From the NCBI GenBank assembly GCA_033442325.1, contig JAWQFM010000001.1:2712255-2775743 (forward strand): a DNA stretch of 63,489 bases, written 5' to 3'. Under the pieces are notes generated by a model. That model saw only the letters and a list, made by a program, of their open reading frames with translations, had not been told where the DNA came from and searched no databases. This DNA is from Salpingoeca rosetta. Taxonomy: Eukaryota > Protista > Choanoflagellata. The translations under genes and the position numbers were made by a program. Below, one piece after another: positions 36,780-51,782 of this stretch; positions within the stretch are counted from its first letter, which is position 1, and every line of letters starts with the position of its first letter.

Positions 36780-39700
36780 GAATGCTGTTGCTGTTGCTGC
36801 TGCACGAACGCTAGCTGAGATGGGTGCTGCAAGAACATGACGCGTGAAAAATTTGAATCACCAGCAGCCATGCCGAGGGCAGGCATCACCACCACAGGCT
36901 GTTGTGAGTCCCCTGGGTGCATGAACATGCGGAGGTTGCCCATCCAGGAGGCCTGATCCATGAAGGAAGGCGCGTACAGGCCATGGGTCGGATGCTGCCG
37001 GCAGTGTCTGGATTTCCAGTCAACATGAAAAGACATCAAATGCACGCAAGTGTCAGTGACTTGCAAGCGAGGATAAAGTACTCAACACTGTAGAGCAAGC
37101 TGCGTGTCGAGCATGCACAGCAGCCGCACTCCCGCGCAATCACACACACACACAAACACACGCGAGCATGCAAGCCGCACGCACCGACCAACTAACATAT
37201 AACTCACTTGTAAAACACAACCGAGGCTTGGTTTTCGGGGTGCTGTGCCGCGAGCTGAGCAGGAGAGTCGCCCATGCTTGTCTCAATGCTGCCATTGGCA
37301 CCCGCCTGAAGTAGACGCTGTAGACAACAACATACAGGGTCGGATGGAATCATGCGAAGCGAGACAAGGCGATGATTTTCGTGTGAGATATCGACTTGTA
37401 TTCAGTTGGGGGAGAGGAGGATGCCAGATGCAACTAGGATGCTGATGTGATGGCCATTGCGATGCAAGCGGAAAAATTGCCTCAAACGCGCACACGCACA
37501 CGCACACGCACACGCACACACCTCGGTGGCGCGGGCGTTGTTGAGCTTCAGGGCCCAGTACAGAGGCGTCTCGCCTTGGTCGTTGACCATGTTCACGTCC
37601 ACGTCAGCACGTGCCAGCAAGCTGATGACGATGGTTGTGAGGTCCTCCTTGGCGGCAACCAGCAGAGCGGTGTTTCCTTGCTTGTCGCGCGTGTTCAAGT
37701 CCTCACCCGCGAGAACCGGGCGGCAAGGATGCCTGGGCGGCGTTGCAACACTGCCTTCGCGCAGAACATCTTCGGAGTGGGCCTTGGAGCGGCCAGCTTT
37801 GCCGGTTTTGCCGCCTTTGCGAACGGCAGTGTCACGATCACGCATGGGAGGGCGTTCTCCAAGGAGCAGCTTGAGGATTGTCTCTGCCAGAGGCAAAAAG
37901 CAGAAGGAAGGAAAAGAAACATGGTCAGTAAGAGCCACATCAAGTTCGCCCAAGAGTGAGGCGTGTTTGGCTTAAAGAGGGGTGGTTTGGGAGAGTGAGC
38001 AGACGCAGGCGCAGCCACAAACATGAGCACGTCTGCGAGGACTGAAATCGCAAGATGCGCGATGGATGTTGTAGCAACATACACGTGCGTGAAAGAGAGA
38101 GAGAGAGTGTGTGTGTGTGTGTGTGTGTGTGACACAAATCTCGCAACTGCACTTACCCCACTTCTGGGGCGCATCTTTGTTCACGTGCTTCACGGTGTAG
38201 ACGAGGAGAGGGTCGTCAAACTTGTTCCTGACACCGCTGAAGAAGTCGATGGCAGTGCCCCTGAGAAGCTGGAATGCCTTGTTTGGATGCCCCATCTTGC
38301 AGCAGAGGAACATGGCAGCGACAGCCGCGATGATGCTGCCTGAAGGCCGACGACCGTCCTTCCATGAGTAGGTCGGGTGCTGCGTCGCCATTTGCCTGGG
38401 AGGGGGTGTGTTTTCAGCAGCAAACGAAGTCACAAAGAGAACAAGCACATGTGTCAGCAATGAAAATGGTGGCGCTGTACACTCCGCCGAGATTGGATGC
38501 GACTTTTGACGCTTGCTCACGTGATCCTGCCCACACACCCCTCCCTATGCACGCGAGCACACATACACATGCGCATTACACACCACCCTCCCAGCCGTAT
38601 TGTGCTGTACCTCTTGTCCAAGCGGGCAAGTTGTCGGCGATGCTCCCACTCCAGGGCCTCATCGTGGCTGTGAGCGTGAGTGCACTCGTCTGGCAGACGA
38701 GAGCACTTGTCGAGGCGGAAGCACATTCGGATGTTGTAGTTGCTGTGGATGCCGGTCGGCGGCGTGCGACACTCGTAACCGGTCGTATACGACTGCCACG
38801 CCTCGACCTGAAAGGGACAGCGGTGTTGCAGCGTATGGGATACGTTAGGGGGTTGTGATTCAGCGTGAGCCGGTGGCAGATGGAGTCCATAGTGGAGCAA
38901 TGCGTGGTACAGAATGGAGTTCAAAACTGAAATGAGACACGCACGGTACATTACACAGGCAACAAAAAAACCATGCAATACGCGCTGGGGAAACGAGAAG
39001 GGGCCGTTCCTGCTTTACCTTCTTCACGTGCGCCTCGGACTTCTCATGCTCTGTCAGGGCTTCAGGTGCCATCAGCTCCTCGCAGGTGCTGCACAAGGCC
39101 ACCTCACCTTCTTCTGAGAGGATCTCAAAGAGAATGAGGTCTTTCCTGGAGTGTTGAAAGGGAGCACCAGTGGTGATGTTGGTGGTGGGGCAGACAGAAA
39201 AGACGGTCAGTTGCAATCGAGATTCGATCGAGATTCAAAGAGAAGGGATTGACAACATCTGGTGCCAACAGCACAAGCACTGTGGAAGCCACACAAATCT
39301 GGCTGGTTACCCGTGCAGACAAGCAAACCATGAGGCCCAACCAACGAGCAACCACGTATCGATGTACGGGAAGGTGGGTTCGCTTACCAGATGGCGAGCT
39401 CGTCTTCGGAGTGCGCACAGGTGCAAGCCTGATCCGAACACTTTCCTCTCAGCGGACACAGCTTGGCAAAGCGGCCTTCAAGGGCCGGCTTGTCATGAAC
39501 GATGACAAAACGCCCGGTGTCACTGTTGCGGACCACACACATGCTCTCCCAGACACAACCACATCTGTCGCAGACACAAATGGGATGCGTGGATCCAGCA
39601 TGCTCTGCCTTCACCTCCCTGAAACGGTGATTGCATGAAACCAGGGCAAGAATGCGTACATGTGAGCGATCGCGTGCATGTGTGTGTGTGGTGCGGAAAT

Positions 39701-40438
39701 AGCTTTGGTGGCACAAGGAGATCAAAAGTGACGACAATTCTGTGCTGTGCTTAGCGTACAAACCGCGAGATACACATGCACACACACACACATCAACACC
39801 ACACCTGGTCTTCTCGACGGCATGGCCCGTAGGGTAGCAGCGAGAGCACACGCGCTGGATCTGGCGGTTGCGGTCGCTCTCGGTGATGATAAGCTGCACC
39901 ACAGCTTCGCTTCCTTCGCCGACAATCTTGAATTCCGGGTACGCGTTGAGGAACGCCTCCTTTGTGATATCCGTGATGCAGGCCGTCATTGGCGGCATCT
40001 TCTCCAGCAGGGCCTCGAGCTTCATACGGCAGCCGCTGTTCTGTAGCCAGTGGCGCAAGTTGAGCCTGGAACCAAATCGAGCAGGACACCAGGCGCAGCA
40101 GCAGAGAGGTGTAAGAGAAGTGAGCAGGAAACATTCAACGACAGAAGGGTGCCACCACCAAGAGCTGGACAACATGCAGGCCATCAAAGACAACGGACTC
40201 AACAATCATGAGCTCGCTCAACACCCCGCCCCCTTGTGTCACGAGACAGCACAAAAGTATTTGTAACCAACCGAAGCAAGCGGACGAAATCCCATTCCCT
40301 CTGCTTCTCCTTCGCGCTCGGTGGGGCTGGAAGCTTGCTGCTACTCGTGGTGAAGGTGTTGTGTGCGTACATGTGTGCGTGAGTGAGTTCGTGTGCATGT
40401 GTACATGAGTGTACGTGTGTGTGTGTGTACATGAGTGT

Positions 40439-40483
<45 letters not shown>

Positions 40484-41406
40484 CGTGTGTGTGTGTGTGT
40501 GTGTGCGTGCGTGCGTGAACGCTATTGCGTCAAAGCAAACTTCGTGACCAGGCAGGTGGTATGGCGAACGGACAAAGATACGCGTCCAGACTCACTCTTG
40601 AGGAATGGGCTGTGTCGCGAACCAGGTGAGCAACTCGGCCTCCGATGGGTCACCATGCGCAAAAGGGCAGGCACGTCCTCGAGGACAGTCTGCTGCAAGA
40701 TGCGCACAGAAAGTGTATTGATTGTACGGATAGTTTGCCTACACGAGCAGGATGCCAAGGTCCAACCAACCAGGTGTGGCGTGAGAACACAAGCGACAAG
40801 TCATGTGTGGAGCTAGCAGCGTTATCAACTCCAAGCCGCAAACGACAACTCAAACCGAAACAACAACCGACAACTGAAACAGCAACCAACACACAAATGA
40901 CTGACCGGTGGGGGGCGAACATCACGCCATTGGCGTCGCTTGAGACCCGTCGGGTAGTGGACGTAGTCGCGCTTGCAGTCGCCATGAATCTCGCAGATGG
41001 CGTCGCCCTTGAGCTCGAGGATGACTCTGGGGCTACCGTCGAAGCAGCGGTGGCACATGGTCTGCATGACAAGGTGCCCATCGGCGTTGGTGGGGCTTCC
41101 GTTGCCGTGACGGCGGCGGCCAGGTCGCTGGTGGTCCCTGGACCCTCGGTTTCCAGAGGTGCCGGAGTTGGTGTAGCCCCTGCGAGCATTGCCACGCATG
41201 CCTGCTTGCCGCGTTCGACCATCGCCGTTGTTGAAATGGCTGTGACGCGAGCCCTGGCGACTTGTGTGTCGATCGAGGCCTGTTTGACGTCTGCCATTGC
41301 CGGTGCGAGGCTGGGTCTGGTTGAAGCCTGCACGGCCTTGTCGATGGTTGCCAGCTTGGCCCTGACGGTTTCCGTGCGGATGCTGGTTCTGCGACAGCTG
41401 TTGAGC

Positions 41407-41437
<31 letters not shown>

Positions 41438-42115
41438 TGTTGTTGTTGTTGCTGCTGTTGCTGCTGTTGCGGCGGCGGTTGTTGTTGCTGTTGCTGCTGC
41501 TGCCGCCGCTGTGGGAGGTTGTGCTGCAGAAGGCCAGGGCCTGGCTGAGCGTTGGGAGACGAAGAGGTAGATGTGGTCGAGTTGGAGGAGGCAGGTGACG
41601 TGGACCGCTGGAGTTGGTACGCCGGCGGTTTGTCACACTTGGCGCAGACTTTGTTGGCGCTTGCCATGCCAGCCTAGGGAACAATCGACACGCGCAAAGG
41701 AGACGGGCGGGAAGGGTGCGACATGTGAGACAAGTGAGACGAGTGAGAGATGTGTGCCAAGGGGAGGGGCGGGTGGACAGAGCGAGCTCGAACGACGCAA
41801 TTCGAAGTGAATGTGTTGGCGCGCACGCAAAAAGGAGGACCAAGCCCACATTATGGACAACACAGCATATCCAATCAGGCAAACGTCACAGAGGGCACAT
41901 GTGGGCACGAAGCGCACCCGAAGTGAACACGAAACAAGGGCAAAGGGCGCATGACAAAAGCAAAAGCTCAAGTGCAACAGCGAACGAACCGGGCCGTTGA
42001 TTGTGTTGATGGAGCTGCAGTGCGTGCAACTCCACGTTGTGGAGAGCGTTGGCTGCGAGGTCGTCCGTGTCATGTTGTTCCACGGGTTGTTGTTGGTGGC
42101 GGGCTTGTTGGCCAT
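34788..42115 (-). CDS. 13-exon ~1455-aa protein: RanBP2-like zinc finger, polyQ, three CCCH fingers and a matrin/U1-type C2H2 finger (ZC3H7/HELZ-like), ankyrin repeats, polyQ, further ankyrin repeats
   Basis: Exons 41990-42115, 40906-41673, 40596-40738, 39805-40065, 39388-39618, 39019-39145, 38611-38807, 38157-38395, 37522-37883, 37208-37317, 35343-37007, 35057-35135 and 34788-34847. All 12 introns are GT-AG and phase-compatible; the total is 4368 nt. Motifs: WSCTHCSSIN..CAKC, CAHLAADCPRGRACPFAH, CPLRGKCSDQACTCAH, CSTC..HEKSEAH, CFRLDKCSRLPDECTHAH, GNTALLVAA, GETPLYWA, GATPLLFA. Confidence 0.8.
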
Positions 42116-42648
42116 GGTGGGTTGTTTGCGAAAACGTGCTGTTACAAGCCGTATAAAGGTCTTTGATCGTCACTCAGCACAATCAACCGAGGCGCGCCGA
42201 GTGAGTGGTTGATGGAGAGAGCTTGATTGCGCGAAGAACGTGGGGCAGCAGTGGCAAAGAAAGGGAAAGGGCTGCGTTCAAGAGAAACCAGTTCAAGTAG
42301 GCGTGCAATAGATACACACAAGAAGAAGGAAGTAAGAGCTTCCTGAAGGGAGAAGGGGGGGGGAGTGTTGGTGCGCGCCCGAGACAGAGCGGCAACAACA
42401 AGTTTGCTGGTCGGTGGGTAGTGTACTGGTGTGCCAACCGTGAACTAACTCGCTGCGCGAAAGCGGGCAATGGAGTAACCAAGGCGCGGTGCGGTTATTT
42501 GGGAGGAAGCTGGGAGAGGGAGAGAGGGGGCGGGGTGGAAGTACGAAGAGCAGAGAAGAGGAGGGAGCAGATGGGACCTGGGTCAAGGGTCCAATCCGTC
42601 AAGGAGTGATCAACTGACCACAACAACAACAACAACAACAACAACGAC

Positions 42649-42701
<53 letters not shown>

Positions 42702-43683
42702 TAACAACAACAAAAGTGTGGGTGTGTGGGATGAAGGTGCTGTGGCGTGGTCGTAAAAGAACCAATAAGCACGATAGGGTGGAAAGAGGGTGGAAAGAGG
42801 GGAAAGAAGGAGGGGAGCGAACCTACAAAGGGGGGTCTGTAAGGGGCGGTCGACGACAAAAGCCGGCAAGGAGGTGGGTCAGGCGACTTTCGAAGTGATC
42901 AGGAGCAGGTGGTGTGTGGGAAATGAACAAGCAAGTCAACTGCAACCCACAACAAGGTCACAAGAGGGCACGCGGGAGCACCACACGCGCGCACACAACA
43001 CAACACAAGAACAACGGATGATGCGAGCGAAGGGAGGGGATGATGTGAGAGAGTTGTGTGCGTGGCGTGGAGGCGCACACGAGGACATAAAAAGTTTCCC
43101 AAAAAGGAGGCCGCGCCGAGTTCGAGGAAAAAATTCGGGGCACCGAAGGTGGACACGTTGCGTGAATGACGTCAACGCAGAAAATTAAATAAAGATGTGA
43201 CAAGATCCAGCCTCACGTGGCCGTTACATTAACGGTGCATCGAATTGAGTGGCAAAATTGAATGGTGTAATTCCCACACCCCAAAGGAAAACTTGCGTTG
43301 CGTCAAGCCACGTGGCAGTTGATGTGATGCTGTTTTAATGTGCGCACTTGAGGGTGCGATCTACGACTCGAGCGCATGTGCGTGACGTGGACGTTGATCT
43401 GCGCATCCTGGCTTGCTTCCTGGTGCGGCGCAGCGCGTGCAATATTCATGTAGGGCAAGCAAGGAAGCAAGCATGGATGGGGCGATGATAAGCAAGCAAG
43501 GAGGAACAGCCAGGAACGGGCGGAGGAGGAACAGGAGAAGGGGCGTGGCACGTGGCGCATGTATGTTGCACTGATGCAATGCAGCTCGCACGCATGGCAC
43601 GCAACAACCATGCAGTGGCACAAAGCAGCGACGTATGTATACAGTGGCGGCACATGCAGCGGCACATGCATGCGGTTGCAGCA

Positions 43684-43761
43684 CTATTCTTGTTTGCTTT
43701 GCTTGCGACTAGGCCCATTGCTTTGGAACCCACTCGCTTCCAGGTTCATTTGCGCTGCGGG

Positions 43762-43835
<74 letters not shown>

Positions 43836-44393
43836 GGGATGAGGAGTCTTGGGGTGAGACCCAAGTGGCAGAGGTAGCGGCGTTTTCGCTGTCAACCAAA
43901 CGCATCGAGCTCAAACTGCACACACACACATACACACACACGCACGCAAGTAAGCACGCACGCACGCACGCACGCACGGGCCACAGACCTTCTTTGTATG
44001 CAAGGACTGCCCGGTTCAAGTTCTTCACCACATCGTCATTCTGTCACACAGAGAAAAGAAGCGCAAAGCCAAATCAGAAGCACCCAGGACAAGAACACAC
44101 ATGGAAATGAGCACACGCATACACGCACACGCACAACAAGCACACACACACACGCATGAAACGAGCACACACACACACACACACACACACACTAACAAGC
44201 ACCTGCCCACAACAACAATGACAGCACAAGCGCACGAGCGCGCATAACCCAGAGCAAGCCACGCACCTGAAGCTCAAACTGGTCCATGCGCACGTGGATG
44301 TCCTTCTCCACGGCCTTGAGGAGCGTCAAGTCGCGCGGCGCCACGAGCGACAGCGCCATGCCTCCTTCTCCCGCACGCGCTGTACGGCCAACC

Positions 44394-44458
<65 letters not shown>

Positions 44459-46402
44459 TGTGTGTGTGTGTTTGAGGGGCTGTGAGCACTGTGTAGGAGA
44501 GGAGTGTCACCACACATTGGTGTCGCCGTGGGTGAATTCGCTCCGGTTGGCACAGTCACGTGCGTGGGTGTCGTGTGTGGGTGTAGTGTGTGGGTGTGGG
44601 TGTGTCAGTCAGGGAAGGTAGGTGCCAGCGGAAGCGCCACAATACAAACGCATGCAAGTCAAGGCAACCGAAACAACAAGGGCAATATTTTCACAAGAGC
44701 GCGAATACACACATACACACAGCCTCACACGCACACCACGCACGCACGCACGCACGCATACGCACACCACGCACACACATGCACACACATACATACACAC
44801 ACTCCTCTCTCCCTCAAGCACAGCGGTGTGACGCACGGCGAATCTGTAGAGGGGCTGGTGGAGCTGGTGTGCAATGGGGCCGGCAGGCTCGTCCAGCAGC
44901 GTTGCCGAGAAGAGGAGATTCTGGCGCTCGGGGGGCAGTGCGTTGTAGATGGTGGTGAGATCGGGCTGCATGGAGGCGTTGGTCATGAGGCGATCCGCCT
45001 CATCAAGCACAAGAAACTGCACTCTGCAACAGGCGCGGGCACACGCACGCAGGTGGAAGGAATAAAGCAAAGGGAAAGTGGTGCCCAAGGCAGCATGAGC
45101 AACAATAGCGCTGTTGAGAGAAGCAATCACACGCGTGGAAGAAGAGGGGTGTGACAAAGAACATGAACATGAACATGAACATGAAGAACGGAGAACAAGA
45201 GACAAAACACCCTCCATCAACCTTGATCAACATGCTACGAGATACAAAGGCGCCCACACCGGCGCAAACAAACACACACACACAAACAAACAAACACACA
45301 AACAAACACACACACATACGGCTGTGTGGCAGTACCTGGAGAGGTCGACCTCTGCGCCGCTGGTGATGTGTGCGGCGAGACGACCAGGCGTTGCAACAAC
45401 CACATGCGGTAAGCGAGACAGCGCATTCTGCTCTTCAACCATATCTGTGATTGTGAATCGCACATGCACACGTGTTGCAGTACACGTGTGAGGTCGCATC
45501 ATGCGAGCACGCGTGACGTTCGGCACTTCATTGGTGGCCATGCACACCAAGGCAGAGTGTGCACAAGGATCGTCGGTGCACCAGTAGACGACGGCGACAG
45601 CAGTGTCAACAACAACATCAGCAGCAACGACAGCAACTGCACCTGCAACAACAAAAACAACGACAACGACAACACATCGCAACCCGTGCCACCATCCCCA
45701 AAAACGAAAAGAACGCACCAACGCCGCCGGTGATGATGCAATGCCGCAAGTTGGCCACTTTGCCAAACGTGTAGAACTGGTCTGCAATCTGGTACGCAAG
45801 TTCCCTGGTTGGCGTCAGCACGACCGCAAAGATGCCATAGGGATCCTCCATAAGCCGGTCCAAAATTGGGAGCGCAAACGCAGCCGTCTTGCCGCTGCCC
45901 GTTTTCGCAGCCGCATACACGTCCTCTCCTAGTGTGCACAATACCAAAGCAACAAATTGGCAGAAGAGAACCAAGACATCGCACCGTCAGCCAGCATCAC
46001 AACAACAAAGCGCAATGTCCTTGGCACGAACACGTGGTGTCATTTTGTGTGGCACGTCTGTCTGCACCTGTCTGCGCCTGTCTGCGCCTGTCTGTCTGTG
46101 TGCCTTCGTGATGACGCGAGGGCGCTGGCGTGTTGCAAGCAGCAAAGACATGCGTTCTGTTGTTAGAAGGACTGACCTCGGAGAATGTGTGGGATGCAGG
46201 CTGCTTGCACGGCACGCGCAGCTGTGTACTTCATGCGCTTGCACTGCTTGCGAAGGGACTTCTTAATCGGCAAGTCATCAATGCGCACGTTCTGGTACTT
46301 GTCATCTGTCTCCACCTTTACCACGGTGGTCAATGCTGCTGTCGTGTCAGGCGCTGCAGATGCCTTCTTCTGGTCATCTGACGCCGCAGCCTTGCTACTC
46401 AT
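43684..46402 (-). CDS. DDX49: DEAD-box RNA helicase DDX49/Dbp8-like (exons for motifs IV-V absent from this assembly)
   Basis: VQAACIPHILRG, AKTGSGKTAAFALPILDRLMEDPYGIFAVVLTPTRELAYQI, VVATPGRLA, VLDEADRL, LFSAT and VGRTARAG. The DPYGIF motif is typical of DDX49/Dbp8. ATG at 46402, TAG at 43684-43686. Confidence 0.9.
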
Positions 46403-46754
46403 GTTGAGCGACGCGTGGTGTGTGCGTGTGCGTGTGCGTGTGCGTGTGCGTGTGCGTGTGCGTGTGCGTGTGCGTGTGCGTGTGCGTGTGTGTGTGTGTG
46501 TGTGTTCGGGAGGAAGGACACGTGGTTCTGAGCACGGCGGCGATGAAGTTGCTGGTAGCGACACTATAAAATGTAACGAACATTGTTTGAAAATTTGGTT
46601 ATTTTTCTCCTGTCATAATCGCGCACTCGACAAAGCAGACAAACAGCACACAAGACGACGAAGAACAAAGCACTGTCGTCGTCTCATCCGAACCACACAA
46701 GACCACCCACACACATCGTCCATCCACTCTGCTCCCGCTTCAGTTATCACACAG

Positions 46755-46814
<60 letters not shown>

Positions 46815-46884
46815 GCACACAGGCACAGCCACTGCCACTTTCTCCCACTTCCACGCACGACCGCGCCAACGGCAACGACCAACC

Positions 46885-51339
<4,455 letters not shown>

Positions 51340-51782
51340 ATCCAATCGAGCAACAGCCCCATCAGCCCCACCACCACCACCACCACTTGTGTCTTGCATG
51401 CGCCCATAATACACGCCGCAATGTAATTCGAAACAACACTTGCTCACACGTGTACATGTGTGCACGACTGTGACTGTTCTTAGCCTTGTTCTGCTATTGT
51501 TGTGTTGGTATTGTTTGCTGTTGCCATGTGGTGTCATGTCACATGAATCTACAGTGTGAATGCCGCAATAAATGTATGAAAGCCGCAATTCTTGGCAATT
51601 CACAACAACAACAACACCGGTTTCGACATCAAGGCGTGGTCATGTAAAACGAAGTGGGAACATGCACACACACAAACACGCGCGCGCGCTCACCCCCCCC
51701 CCCCCCGAGCCCCCGGGCACATCCACACGCATCGCACACGCCAAGCAACCAGCACGCACCCACTGCCAGCATCAGCCGCGAG

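Noticed and set aside
35342-39386. Apparent in-frame stops (TAG 35342, TGA 37204, TAA 39384) suggesting readthrough or a pseudogene
   Set aside because: Each overlaps a consensus splice donor (TA|gtaag, AA|gtgagt, TG|gtaag) and disappears on splicing.
40645-41882. 317-aa plus-strand and 410-aa alternative-frame ORFs
   Set aside because: Shadow or alternative frames of the polyQ exon of the zinc-finger-ankyrin gene.
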